Positions 27,735 through 38,295 of a stretch of 64,000 bases of DNA are shown one piece after another. Source of the DNA: Rhodothermales bacterium (GTDB lineage Bacteria > Bacteroidota > Rhodothermia > Rhodothermales > Bin80). The notes under the pieces are model-generated. The model was given only the letters and a program-made list of their open reading frames with translations. It made no database searches and was not told the origin of the DNA. The translations under genes were made by a program, and so were the position numbers. The first letter of the stretch is position 1, and every line of letters begins with the position of its first letter. The stretch covers positions 1,280,865 to 1,344,864 of the forward strand of contig OZ242367.1 of NCBI GenBank assembly GCA_965209015.1. The letters are read 5' to 3'.

Positions 27735-28529
27735 ATGTTGATTGATACACATGCACATCTCTATGATGATCAATTTGTACACGATCTGGATGATGTATTC
27801 CTTAGGGCAAACAGGGCAGGAGTAGAGAGAATAATCTTGCCCGCAGTGGATGTGGCATCCGTCCACCAAGCCCTGAACTTGTGTATCAAGTATGAAGGGG
27901 TCTATGCAATGGTGGGCATCCATCCGACTTATGTTCTAGATGCCACTGATCAGGACTTTGATGAACTTGAATCTCTGTGTAACGAACCAAAGGTGATCGC
28001 GGTTGGTGAGTCAGGATTGGATTATTTTTGGGACAAGTACTACAGTGAGCGACAACCCGAATTTTTTGCAAGGCACATCCAATTGTCTGTTGAAACACAA
28101 CTACCGCTAGTCATTCATCTAAGAGACAAGAAGCACTGTGACCGAGCTCATCGCGATGCAATAGAGATACTTGAGCGAGAATTACTTGCCCACTCCGAGG
28201 GCCATCCTGGTGGAATTTTTCACTGTTTCACGGGACCAGACTGGTTGCCAAGAGCCGCAGCTAGGCTTGGATTTCATTTAGGAGTAGGGGGAGCGGTGAC
28301 CTTTAAGAATTCCGGTGTTGCGGAGATGCTAAATAGTGTCTCACTGAGTCAGATCGTCTTGGAAACAGACGCCCCCTATATGTCACCCGTGCCTCACCGA
28401 GGGAAACGTAACGAACCTGCACGGATCGCACTGATTGCTCAGAAGGTTGCTGAGCTAAAAAAAAGAACAATTGCCGAGGTAGCAGAAATTACATCTGCGA
28501 ATGCTCGGCAACTGTTCAAGCTTGGTTAG
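27735..28529 (+). CDS. tatD: TatD-family metal-dependent hydrolase/DNase
   Basis: MLIDTHAHL start (alternative ATG at 27720), GESGLDY, FHCFTG, LETDAPYM. Confidence 0.9.
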   Translation: MLIDTHAHLYDDQFVHDLDDVFLRANRAGVERIILPAVDVASVHQALNLCIKYEGVYAMVGIHPTYVLDATDQDFDELESLCNEPKVIAVGESGLDYFWDKYYSERQPEFFARHIQLSVETQLPLVIHLRDKKHCDRAHRDAIEILERELLAHSEGHPGGIFHCFTGPDWLPRAAARLGFHLGVGGAVTFKNSGVAEMLNSVSLSQIVLETDAPYMSPVPHRGKRNEPARIALIAQKVAELKKRTIAEVAEITSANARQLFKLG

Positions 28530-28535
28530 CAGGGG

Positions 28536-30458
28536 TTACTTACTCTCTGTGTCTTCGTCAACGACTTCAAAGTCAGCGTCATCAATGACCTCATCCGAAG
28601 ATGTCTGCCCGTTTTCAGATGGTTCAGAAGAAGCGGCTTCACTCTGAGCCTTAGCCTGTTGCGCTGCCGCGATCTCCTCGCTCGCATCGGTCCATGCTTC
28701 GCTCAACTGCTCGATCCCGCTCTCTAGTTCGTCAAAGCTCTTTGATTCGTGCAAGTTCTCGAGTCGCTCTAAGGCACCAGTAATCTTTGCTTTCTTGTCC
28801 TCTGATAGGCTTTCTCCAAATTCCGAGAGGTTATTCTTGGAAGTATAGATCAAGCTATCTGCCTGATTGAGCAACTCAGTCTCTTTTCGCCGCTTCTGGT
28901 CCTCATCTGCATGTTCCTTGGCCTGCTGGCGCATCGCCTCAATCTCGCTCTCGGAGAGTCCACTGGAAGCTTCAATACGAATTGATTGCTCTCGACCGGT
29001 ATTTTTATCCTTTGCAGTAACATTCAGAATACCGTCTGCATCAATATCAAAGGCAACCTCAATCTGTGGGGTTCCACGTCTTGCAGGTGGGATTCCATCC
29101 AAGTGAAATTTCCCAATGGTACGGTTGTGAACAGCCATGTCTCGGTTTCCCTGAAGCACATGAATCTCTACGGAGGGTTGGTTGTCCGATGCAGTAGAAA
29201 ACACTTCATGTTTACGTGTAGGAATCGTGGTATTCGACTCAATCAGGGTTGTCATAACACCACCGAGAGTTTCAATACCTAGATTGAGAGGAGTCACATC
29301 AAGTAGAAGGACATCATCAATATCCTGGGACAGTACGCCACCTTGGATCGCAGCACCCATGGCAACGACCTCATCGGGGTTGACGGACCGGTTAGGTGCT
29401 TTCCCAAAGAATTCTTCAACAGTCTTCTGTACAAGTGGAATTCTCGTGGAGCCACCGACTAAGATCACCTCATCAATTTGATCTCGTGTGAGCTTGGCAT
29501 CTTTTAGTGCCTGCTCCATCGGAGCAACTGTCCGCTGTACCAGACTGCCAATCAATTGCTCAAACTTTGAACGAGACAAGGTCGTGGTCAAGTGTTTGGG
29601 CCCTTCGGCGGTCGCCGTGATGAATGGCAGATTGATGGAAGTTTCACTACTACTAGAAAGCTCTGTTTTGGCTTTCTCAGCCGCCTCTTTCAGCCTCTGA
29701 AGCGACATTTTATCAGCACGCAGATCGACTCCTTCCTCTTTTTGGAAGGAGTCGGCAAGGTAGTCGATCAACTTATGATCAAAATCATCGCCTCCAAGAT
29801 GCGTATCCCCATTGGTTGACTTAACTTCAAATACGCCATCGCCCAGTTCTAAGATGGAGATATCGTAGGTTCCTCCTCCAAGGTCATAGACTGCAATTAT
29901 ACGATCTTTATCCTGTTTTCCTAAACCATAGGCAAGTGCAGCGGCAGTTGGCTCATTAATGATCCGTCGAACTTCCAGACCAGCAATTTTACCTGCTTCT
30001 TTGGTCGCTTTTCGCTGGGCATCGTTATAGTATGCCGGGACCGTGATCACGGCCTCCATGACTTTTTCTCCCAGATAATCCTCAGCAGTACTCTTGAGCT
30101 TCTGCAGAATCATCGCTGAGATTTCCTGAGGCGAGTACATCTTGTCACCAATCCGAACACGTGCAGTCCCATTTTCTCCCTTCTCAACTTTGTACGGAAC
30201 GGTTTTGAGTTCGCTAGGTACTTCATCGTAGGCACGGCCCATGAAGCGCTTGATTGAGAAAACAGTGTTTTCAGCGTTTGTGACTGCCTGTCTCTTGGCA
30301 GGTCCGCCCGCGAGCCGCTCACCGTCTTTCTTGAATGCAACGACAGAGGGAGTTGTGCGGCCACCCTCTGAATTTTCGATCACTTTCGGTTCGCCCCCTT
30401 CCAACACGGAAACAACCGAATTGGTAGTTCCTAAGTCAATTCCAATTATTTTACTCAT
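28536..30458 (-). CDS. dnaK: molecular chaperone DnaK (Hsp70)
   Basis: [35 protein letters not shown]. 640 aa. Confidence 0.98.
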   Translation of the reverse strand: MSKIIGIDLGTTNSVVSVLEGGEPKVIENSEGGRTTPSVVAFKKDGERLAGGPAKRQAVTNAENTVFSIKRFMGRAYDEVPSELKTVPYKVEKGENGTARVRIGDKMYSPQEISAMILQKLKSTAEDYLGEKVMEAVITVPAYYNDAQRKATKEAGKIAGLEVRRIINEPTAAALAYGLGKQDKDRIIAVYDLGGGTYDISILELGDGVFEVKSTNGDTHLGGDDFDHKLIDYLADSFQKEEGVDLRADKMSLQRLKEAAEKAKTELSSSSETSINLPFITATAEGPKHLTTTLSRSKFEQLIGSLVQRTVAPMEQALKDAKLTRDQIDEVILVGGSTRIPLVQKTVEEFFGKAPNRSVNPDEVVAMGAAIQGGVLSQDIDDVLLLDVTPLNLGIETLGGVMTTLIESNTTIPTRKHEVFSTASDNQPSVEIHVLQGNRDMAVHNRTIGKFHLDGIPPARRGTPQIEVAFDIDADGILNVTAKDKNTGREQSIRIEASSGLSESEIEAMRQQAKEHADEDQKRRKETELLNQADSLIYTSKNNLSEFGESLSEDKKAKITGALERLENLHESKSFDELESGIEQLSEAWTDASEEIAAAQQAKAQSEAASSEPSENGQTSSDEVIDDADFEVVDEDTESK

Positions 30459-30629
30459 GTGCTCCGAATATTTAGTTAATTAATACGAAAACAATTATGG
30501 TTTAGGCAATAATCCTGCCGCCTAACTACCATCGGACAGAATGGCAGAATTTGAGTCATTAATGGAACAGTTTGACCATGAACGCACCAGAACAGTTAAG
30601 GTAGAACAGGCCTCTTATGTTATCGTGCC

Positions 30630-31205
30630 ATGACGTTTCTTCCTAATTCCATTACGGCATTCCGCATCTTGGCCACGCCTATTCTCATATATTGTGTTTT
30701 CCAGCAAACCCTCTGGTTTGCGACACTGTCCTGTATACTGTTCACGCTTGGAGCAATTTCGGATTTTGCGGATGGATATGTGGCTCGTGTCATCAAGCAT
30801 CCAAGTCGATTGGGACGTCACCTTGACCCTGCGGCTGACAAAATTTTAGTTCTTGGGACTTTCATTTCATTAGCTTGGTTGTATCCGCAGCATATCCCAT
30901 GGTGGGCGGTGCTGGTGATTGGTTTACGAGATGCAGTCGTCACCGGACTGCGCATGTGTGCGGAATCAACTGGATACTCGCTGCCGACAATTCAATTTGC
31001 TAAAATCAAGACCGTCCTACAAATGATCTTTCTCGGTTTATTTTTGTTGGTACTAATGTTACAGTACATACCAAAATTTGAGATTTTCGCCCGTGAACTG
31101 CTTGAGGGAAATCTTATTTACACGGGGATGATCATGGTCGTTATCGTCACCTGTTTAACGGGACTATCTTATATTCGGATATTTCCAAAAAATATGAGGA
31201 ACTGA
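30630..31205 (+). CDS. pgsA: CDP-alcohol phosphatidyltransferase (phosphatidylglycerophosphate synthase-like)
   Basis: DFADGYVARVIKHPSRLGRHLDPAADK fits DGx2ARx8Gx3Dx3D. 191 aa, polytopic. Confidence 0.85.
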   Translation: MTFLPNSITAFRILATPILIYCVFQQTLWFATLSCILFTLGAISDFADGYVARVIKHPSRLGRHLDPAADKILVLGTFISLAWLYPQHIPWWAVLVIGLRDAVVTGLRMCAESTGYSLPTIQFAKIKTVLQMIFLGLFLLVLMLQYIPKFEIFARELLEGNLIYTGMIMVVIVTCLTGLSYIRIFPKNMRN

Positions 31206-31215
31206 TCTGGTATTA

Positions 31216-31863
31216 ATGAATCATTCAGCGAAACCCAGTGCTATTCAGATTGCCCATGAGTTGCTTGAAATTGGCGTCATGGCAGTTACAAAGGGGAAGC
31301 CTTTTGTATGGTCATCTGGAATGTTATCCCCGTTTTATTGTGATAATCGACGTACCCTGTCTTATCCAAAAGTTCGAAAAATACTGACAGATGCATTTCA
31401 CGAGCGAGCTTCAAAGTATGAATTTGATTGTGTTGCAGGTGTCGCAACGGCAGGGATCGCACATGCAGCATGGTTAGCAGATCGCATGTCCCTACCTCTG
31501 ATTTATGTACGGCCGGAGGCAAAAGGACATGGACATCAAAACCAAATTGAAGGTCATTTACCCGAAAATAGTCGGGTGTTAATGGTAGAAGATTTGGTTG
31601 CTTCTGGACTTTCAGCACTTCAGGCCGCTGAAGCAGTGCAAAAAGCAACTGGCTTGATGCCTGTGTGCATTTTAGCAATCTTTACCTATGGACTTGATGG
31701 AGTTGCTGAATTATTTGAACAGAAGGGGACTCGGCTCGAAACTTTATGCGATTTTGATACATTTGTGAATACAGCACTTGGATCGGGGCATCTAGACATA
31801 GAGTTGTATAACATTCTTCAGGAGTGGCGTCATGATCATCAGGCGTGGACATTAAAACATTAG
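31216..31863 (+). CDS. pyrE: orotate phosphoribosyltransferase
   Basis: PRPP loop VLMVEDLVASGLSALQA. FVWSSGMLSPFYCDNR. Confidence 0.88.
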   Translation: MNHSAKPSAIQIAHELLEIGVMAVTKGKPFVWSSGMLSPFYCDNRRTLSYPKVRKILTDAFHERASKYEFDCVAGVATAGIAHAAWLADRMSLPLIYVRPEAKGHGHQNQIEGHLPENSRVLMVEDLVASGLSALQAAEAVQKATGLMPVCILAIFTYGLDGVAELFEQKGTRLETLCDFDTFVNTALGSGHLDIELYNILQEWRHDHQAWTLKH

Positions 31864-31872
31864 GAGGCTAGT

Positions 31873-33132
31873 GTGCAGGAGCTCACTGCGAGCATTATAA
31901 CAGTTGGAGACGAACTGCTTGTGGGGCAGGTAGTGGATACGAATGCTACCTACCTTGCTGCGGAGTTGACCAAGATAGGTGTTACGGTTTCATCCTCATT
32001 AACTGTTGGTGACAACAAGGAGTCAATCAAATCTGCGATTGAGCATGGAGTGCGCAGTTCTCAACTGACGTTAGTCACCGGAGGACTCGGTCCCACACCT
32101 GATGACCTCACCCGTGAGGCTGCAGCAGAGTTTGCTGGTACGGCCCTTGAAATTGACCCGGAAACTTTAGCACACGTCAAACGACATTTTGAATCTCTCG
32201 GCCGCACTGTACCCAATGGATCCGAGCGCGTCGCTCGGGTTCCTAGTAGTTTTGATATTCTCTCAAACTCAAAAGGCACTGCACCAGGTTTGTGGTATCA
32301 AGAATGTAGCGGAAATATTGTGATTCTCCTTCCAGGTGTCCCATATGAGATGAAGGCCATATTCTCTGATCATGTGATTCCCCGAATCAATCAGATGGAG
32401 GGGCGTGCACTGATTGCTCAACATACGCTTAAAATTGCAGGCATCGGCGAGACCGTTTTGCACGGTCAGATTGAGGAAATCTCTCATTTATTAGACCCAG
32501 AACTTAAGATTGCTTATCTCCCCGGAGTTTATGGCGTTCGGATCAGATTAACCATTCTTGGGAGTGATGCCGAGAAACGTCTCAAATCTTCGGAACAACA
32601 GATCCGACAAAAACTGGGATCAGCTGCTTTTGGTTGTGATAATGACATGATGGAAAGTGTATTGGGGGAGCTACTGTTACGTCATGGATTAACGATAGCA
32701 GTAGCTGAAAGCTGTACAGGCGGTCTCTTGCTCCATCAGTTGACGAATGTACCAGGTGCCTCGTCCTACGTATTGGGAGGGGTTGTTTCTTATTGCAATT
32801 TCTCTAAGCAGCACCAGTTGGGTGTTTCCGCGAATATTCTTCAAGATTTTGGTGCTGTAAGTAAATTGGTTGCTATGCAAATGGCAGAGGGAGTGCGGGT
32901 GCGGCTCAACAGTGATTTAGGATTATCTGTCACCGGAGTTGCAGGCCCCACGGGAGGAACCGAAGAAAAACCGGTTGGGTTGGTTTGGATAGGATATGCG
33001 GACGAAAAAAATGCTTGGGCGGTCCGGCATCAATTTGGACGGGATCGCGATCGAAATAAGCAGAAAAGTGCACTCGCTGCGATGAATTTAGTACGTCAGG
33101 AGTTACTGAAACGTGATAAATCAAATACTTAG
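31873..33132 (+). CDS. cinA: competence/damage-inducible protein CinA (MoCF-type domain + nicotinamide-nucleotide amidohydrolase PncC domain)
   Basis: IITVGDELLVGQVVDTNATYLA. C-terminal TIAVAESCTGGLL. GTG start. Classical cinA-recA order. Confidence 0.9.
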   Translation: MQELTASIITVGDELLVGQVVDTNATYLAAELTKIGVTVSSSLTVGDNKESIKSAIEHGVRSSQLTLVTGGLGPTPDDLTREAAAEFAGTALEIDPETLAHVKRHFESLGRTVPNGSERVARVPSSFDILSNSKGTAPGLWYQECSGNIVILLPGVPYEMKAIFSDHVIPRINQMEGRALIAQHTLKIAGIGETVLHGQIEEISHLLDPELKIAYLPGVYGVRIRLTILGSDAEKRLKSSEQQIRQKLGSAAFGCDNDMMESVLGELLLRHGLTIAVAESCTGGLLLHQLTNVPGASSYVLGGVVSYCNFSKQHQLGVSANILQDFGAVSKLVAMQMAEGVRVRLNSDLGLSVTGVAGPTGGTEEKPVGLVWIGYADEKNAWAVRHQFGRDRDRNKQKSALAAMNLVRQELLKRDKSNT

Positions 33133-33177
33133 ACCTAACTTCAAACGCAGCATCCTACTGATAAATATAAATAGATC

Positions 33178-34227
33178 ATGAGTACAAAAGAAAATCAACA
33201 GATACGGGCGCTCGGTCTTGCAATCAAAGAGATTGAGAAGCAACATGGAAAGGGCGCAATTATGCGAATGGGGGATGCTCCCCGAGTTCAAGTTGAAGCG
33301 ATTTCGACTGGATCGATTGCCTTAGATGCGGCATTGGGAGTAGGTGGAATTCCACGCGGTCGTATCATAGAAATCTTTGGCCCAGAGTCCTCAGGCAAGA
33401 CGACACTTGCTACCCACTGCCTTGCCGAAGCTCAGAAGCTCGGAGGACAATGTGCTTTTATTGATGCTGAACATGCATTTGATCCGTCCTATGCAGAGCA
33501 ACTAGGGGTAGACATTGATCAATTGCTGATGTCGCAGCCTGATACCGGGGAACAGGCCTTAAATATCTGTGAAACCCTTGTTCGGAGTAGTGCACTTGAT
33601 CTGATTATTGTGGATTCGGTGGCTGCCTTAGTTCCCGCTGCCGAGATACAGGGGGATATGGGAGACAGTCACGTTGGACTACAGGCTCGACTCATGAGCC
33701 AAGCATTGAGAAAATTGGCAGGAATCATCAATCAATCTAATGTGGTGGTCATCTTCATTAACCAGTTACGCGAAAAAATTGGGGTTATGTTTGGAAATCC
33801 TGAGACAACACCAGGCGGGAAAGCCTTAAAGTTTTACAGTTCCGTCCGGTTAGATATTCGTCGTATTGGTGCAATCAAAAATGCAACAGATGTGATTGGG
33901 AATCGAACGCGCGTCAAGGTGATTAAAAATAAAGTGGCCCCCCCTTTTCGCAATGCAGAATTCGATATCATCTATGGAGAGGGAATTTCGTCTGTTGGAG
34001 AGTTAGTTGACTTAGCTGTGAATATTGGTCTTATTACGAAAAGTGGTTCATGGTATAGTTATGGAGAAATGCGTATTGGTCAGGGAAGGGATAACGCGAA
34101 GGAGTGGTTGAGGGAGAACCCCAAAGAGTATGAATCAATCAAGATTGCAGTCCGTGAACACTTGGGCTTAAACGCTTCATCCAAGCTCGTCCCCGCTGAA
34201 ACTGAGAATACGAACATTACACCATGA
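33178..34227 (+). CDS. recA: recombinase RecA
   Basis: Walker [23 protein letters not shown]. 349 aa. Confidence 0.98.
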   Translation: MSTKENQQIRALGLAIKEIEKQHGKGAIMRMGDAPRVQVEAISTGSIALDAALGVGGIPRGRIIEIFGPESSGKTTLATHCLAEAQKLGGQCAFIDAEHAFDPSYAEQLGVDIDQLLMSQPDTGEQALNICETLVRSSALDLIIVDSVAALVPAAEIQGDMGDSHVGLQARLMSQALRKLAGIINQSNVVVIFINQLREKIGVMFGNPETTPGGKALKFYSSVRLDIRRIGAIKNATDVIGNRTRVKVIKNKVAPPFRNAEFDIIYGEGISSVGELVDLAVNIGLITKSGSWYSYGEMRIGQGRDNAKEWLRENPKEYESIKIAVREHLGLNASSKLVPAETENTNITP

Positions 34228-34984
34228 CCTTAGCGTAACTCAAAAAACTGCATTGCATTTAGTACATAGGTCTCGGGAAATATGAGATACAAACTTTTAC
34301 CGTAGATCGTGCTGAACTCCGATAGAAGTTGAGTCGGGAAGGCTCTCATGCATAATTTTTGAGAGGATTTCTATTCTGGGTACGGTAAGGGAGCAGGTTG
34401 TATGATATAGTTTTTTACGAGTATCCTATCTCCTTGCCTGACAGCATCTTACACTGGATATTTCCCCACAAGAAGAGATGAAAGAGGATATGATTTAGTC
34501 CTGTTTCGCTTACTTGGCTTCATTTGCCGAAGTTCTGCGTAGATCGATTTTCTCCTTCAGATCTATCAACCCGTTGACGATAATTTCTGGATACAGAGAA
34601 GATACTTCATCAGTAAATCTCAACTATCTCCACGTTCAGGTACTTGCCTGAATTCTATCCCCCGAATGTCTGAAATTTTGTTGATGCGATAGGGGGCTCT
34701 ACAGATCAAAAGGGTACTTGTATATCGCTCCGTTTGGTGGGTAAATGTCTACTCAGTCATCAAATTGGGCTCGCAGGTACTGATCTAAAAAATGTTCGCA
34801 TATCTCCCTGAGCCATCATATCTGAAATACAGAATCGCCATTAGGGTGTACGAACATTATTGATTACAGAAACCCAACTTTCTTTCGTCAGCACGGATAC
34901 CTGGTTGGTATGATCATAAAAAATCAATCTATGGAACATATAAAGATTTGTTTATTTAAGTAAGTCTTTATTACATGTTTGACC

Positions 34985-36880
34985 ATGATACCTCCAAAAG
35001 TACTAACGGATGCCCTGAAAGCCGCAGGTGAGTTGACTAGGCTACGCATTCTTGCACTATTGCGGCATGCAGATCTTGCCGTCGGGGAACTTGCACAAAT
35101 TTTGGGACAAAGCCAGCCGCGCCTATCCCACCATCTCAAAACACTGACCAACGCGGGTCTTCTTGAACGGCTTCCAGAGGGATCCTGGATGTTTTATCGT
35201 ATTCAGAGAAAAGGTTGGGTTGCCCAACTATTGCAGACACTCTTTTTTGAGTTGAAAGTCAATAGCGAATTGATTGAATCTGATTTTCAGGCATTGCAGT
35301 ACGTACGCCAAGACAGAGCGAAAGCAGCAGAGGCATACTTTTCAGAGATCGCCAGAGACTGGGATCGCCTTCGAGCACTGCACTATCCAGAGGCTGCAAT
35401 TGAGTGTGCAATCCATGATTGTATCGGATCCCGCCGGTTTGAGCGGATGATTGATTTTGGGACTGGGACGGGTCGGATGCTTACGCTTCTTGCTCCGCAT
35501 GTTCATGAAGCCGAGGGGCTAGATCTGTCTCACTCCATGTTGAACGTTGCTCGAGCAAATCTCAATCGCGCTGGAATTAAAAATGCACGAGTACGACATG
35601 GCGACGTCACGAAGCCTCCATTTGAAGATGACAGTGCAGATCTAGTTATCATACACCAAGTCTTACATTATCTTGAACAACCGGAGGATGTATTAGCCGA
35701 AGCAGCACGAATTTTGGTTCCTGGGGGGCAGTTGATCATTGTTGATTTTGCTCCACATGATTTCGAGTTTTTACGTGAAGTACAGGGACATCGTCGGCTT
35801 GGCATTTCTGAAGCCGATATGATTGATTGGGCGCATGCGGCGGGTCTCGCCTTGAAGGCACCAAAAACATTTGCCCCACCTGCTTCACTTGATCAGGGAC
35901 TGAATGTTCATATCTGGACTGCAACATTACCTGCCCATCAATTTGGCGGCTTTTATACCAACAAGTTATCCGTAGCAGAACAGCAGTCTACTCCGGCGCC
36001 AAGCGTTTCGTTTGAATTCTTTCCACCAAAAACGGACAAAATGAAAGCGAAGCTCTGGGAGTCGGTAGCAAAACTTACGCCTATGGCTCCTCGTTTCGTG
36101 TCTGTAACGTACGGGGCTGGAGGTTCTACAAGGGATCGAACACAGAAAATTGTTGCTCAAATTGCACAAGATACCCCCCTACAGCCCGCAGCACATCTAA
36201 CTTGTGTTGGTGCAACAAAGGAAGAAATACTTCAAATTGCTACTGATTTTTGGCAGGCGGGAGTACGTCATTTGGTCACTCTGCGAGGGGATCCACCCGA
36301 GGGCATAGGTGCGAAATTCGAAAAACATCCTGGAGGATTTCGTGACAGTGTAGACCTAATTCAGGGAATACGATCCTATGAAGTCATCCCAAGTGAGAGG
36401 TTTGAAATAAGCGTTTCCTGTTATCCAGAGCGACATCCAGATAGTAGGGGATGGGATGAGGACATCGCTTTTTTGAGAGCTAAACAGGATGCCGGTGCAG
36501 ATCGAGCCATAACCCAATTTTTCTTTGAACCAGAGACCTATTTTGCATTTCTTGATCGTGTTCGCGCTGGAGGAGTGACCATGCCGATTATCCCCGGAAT
36601 TATGCTGCAACCAAACTTTAAACATTTGGAACGGATTGCAAGCCTCTGTAAAGTCAGTCTGCCGGGCTGGCTGTATGAGCTCTATGTTGGAAGCGAGGAA
36701 GATGCCAAAACATGTGAATGTATGACAGCGAATGTGGCTGCTGAACTTTGCCATAAACTATCCGAGCAGGGAGTGAATGACTTTCACTTTTACACGCTCA
36801 ACCAAGCCAGTTTGGCACTGTCAACTTGTCGATTACTCGGACTCAAGCCCAAGTCCAGACCGCTTAGCCCAACGATCTGA
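34985..36880 (+). CDS. metF: three-module fusion: ArsR-type wHTH + class I SAM-methyltransferase-like domain (SahR-like) + 5,10-methylenetetrahydrofolate reductase MetF
   Basis: wHTH ELTRLRILALLRHADLAVGELAQILGQSQPRLSHHLKTL. MTase motif I MIDFGTGTGRML, plus PGGQLIIVDF. MetF block SVSFEFFPPKTDK...VSVTYGAGGSTRDRT...HLTC. One uninterrupted frame. ATG at 34985 (TTG at 34979 in the track). Confidence 0.85.
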   Translation: MIPPKVLTDALKAAGELTRLRILALLRHADLAVGELAQILGQSQPRLSHHLKTLTNAGLLERLPEGSWMFYRIQRKGWVAQLLQTLFFELKVNSELIESDFQALQYVRQDRAKAAEAYFSEIARDWDRLRALHYPEAAIECAIHDCIGSRRFERMIDFGTGTGRMLTLLAPHVHEAEGLDLSHSMLNVARANLNRAGIKNARVRHGDVTKPPFEDDSADLVIIHQVLHYLEQPEDVLAEAARILVPGGQLIIVDFAPHDFEFLREVQGHRRLGISEADMIDWAHAAGLALKAPKTFAPPASLDQGLNVHIWTATLPAHQFGGFYTNKLSVAEQQSTPAPSVSFEFFPPKTDKMKAKLWESVAKLTPMAPRFVSVTYGAGGSTRDRTQKIVAQIAQDTPLQPAAHLTCVGATKEEILQIATDFWQAGVRHLVTLRGDPPEGIGAKFEKHPGGFRDSVDLIQGIRSYEVIPSERFEISVSCYPERHPDSRGWDEDIAFLRAKQDAGADRAITQFFFEPETYFAFLDRVRAGGVTMPIIPGIMLQPNFKHLERIASLCKVSLPGWLYELYVGSEEDAKTCECMTANVAAELCHKLSEQGVNDFHFYTLNQASLALSTCRLLGLKPKSRPLSPTI

Positions 36881-36888
36881 ATCAAACT

Positions 36889-37965
36889 ATGGACAATCGT
36901 CAGGATCGAATCATTCAGCTCCACGAGGCAGTCAAACAGCGAATTTTAATTCTTGACGGGTCTTGGGGAGTCATGTTCCAACGTATGGAGCTTGAAGAAG
37001 AAGATTATCGAGGCACACGTTTTTCCGGAGATAAGTATCCAGGACAAATGAAGGGGAACAATGATATCTTATCACTTACAAGACCGGAGTATGTCACCAA
37101 ACTTCATGACGCTTACTTTGCGGCCGGGGCGGATATCTCAGAGACGAATACCTTCACAGCGACCACAATTGCACAGAGTGATTACGCGTTAGACCGTCAA
37201 TCTGTGATTGATATTAACTTCGAAAGTGCAAAGCTGGCCCGCTCGTCGGCGGATAAGTGGACAGACAAAGAGCCACATAAACCGCGCTTTGCGGCTGGCT
37301 CAATTGGACCCTTGAACAAGATGCTTTCAATGAGTTCAGATGTCAATGATCCTGGTGCTCGGGAGGTCACCTTTGATCAGGTCTATCAGGCGTATCGTGA
37401 GCAAATCATCGCACTGAATCAGGGGGGAATTCACCTTTACTTGGTTGAAACGATCACGGATACGCTCAATTGTAAGGCAGCACTTAAAGCCATTATAGAT
37501 CTTGAGTCAGAAGGCATGGAAAGACTTCCACTCTGGATTTCGGGTACAATTACTGACCGGTCAGGACGTACCTTATCCGGTCAAACGATTGAAGCATTCT
37601 GGTATTCTGTACGCCATGCCAAACCTTTTGCCATTGGTGTGAATTGTGCGCTTGGCGCCGATCTCATGCGTCCGCATATCGCTACTTTATCACGCACCGC
37701 GGATACACTGGTTGCTGCATATCCGAACGCCGGATTACCGGATGAAATGGGAATGTATACCGAGAAATCACACCAGACCGCATCCAAAGTTGTCACATGG
37801 GCTAAAGATGGAATCGTAAACATACTCGGGGGATGTTGTGGAACTACCCCCGAACATATTCAAGCCATTGCAGAGGCAGTCAAAGGCATACAGCCTCGCA
37901 TTCCAGTTGAGAGTAGTAACTCACTTCGTCTTGCGGGTTTAGAACCTTTTGAACTGGTAGACTAA
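36889..37965 (+). CDS. metH: methionine synthase, homocysteine-binding (S-methyltransferase) module as a separate polypeptide
   Basis: Zn ligand motifs GVNCALG and GGCCGTTPEHI. Ends ...LRLAGLEPFELVD*, exactly at the Hcy/pterin inter-domain linker of single-chain MetH. Confidence 0.9.
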   Translation: MDNRQDRIIQLHEAVKQRILILDGSWGVMFQRMELEEEDYRGTRFSGDKYPGQMKGNNDILSLTRPEYVTKLHDAYFAAGADISETNTFTATTIAQSDYALDRQSVIDINFESAKLARSSADKWTDKEPHKPRFAAGSIGPLNKMLSMSSDVNDPGAREVTFDQVYQAYREQIIALNQGGIHLYLVETITDTLNCKAALKAIIDLESEGMERLPLWISGTITDRSGRTLSGQTIEAFWYSVRHAKPFAIGVNCALGADLMRPHIATLSRTADTLVAAYPNAGLPDEMGMYTEKSHQTASKVVTWAKDGIVNILGGCCGTTPEHIQAIAEAVKGIQPRIPVESSNSLRLAGLEPFELVD

Positions 37966-38295
37966 ATCTGAATAAGGGCACATGACCTACATGTAGGGTT
38001 TCATATTTCCTAGGTTAACTTAACAAGGAATATCATCTGGAAAGTGTATCCAAGTGGGAGCCCATTTTAAAGAAGTATGTGGCAATGCATGGGGTTGAGA
38101 GTTAGAGTGAGTAAATTTTAGATCGTCAAGTTAGATAGATCGAATGGCCGTTCAGAGATTTTGTGCAGAAGGCATACAAAAATTAATAGAAAATCTATGC
38201 TCTGCAAAAGAGTATGATCTCCCATTGGACGCCAAACATATGATCTATGGGGATACAGAAGAAACCATTTTGGACAGGTAAGGATAAGGAAATAA

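Noticed and set aside
27338-27923. Two minus-strand ORFs (88 and 112 aa) in the DUF5916/tatD spacer.
   Set aside because: Their translations are Cys- and Ile-rich and motif-free. One overlaps the tatD start. I treat them as non-coding.
28867-30483. Several 70-100-aa ORFs antisense to dnaK.
   Set aside because: These are classic shadow ORFs inside a highly conserved gene. The same applies to antisense ORFs within nuoL, metH, recA-adjacent genes, parC/parE and the DUF5916 gene.
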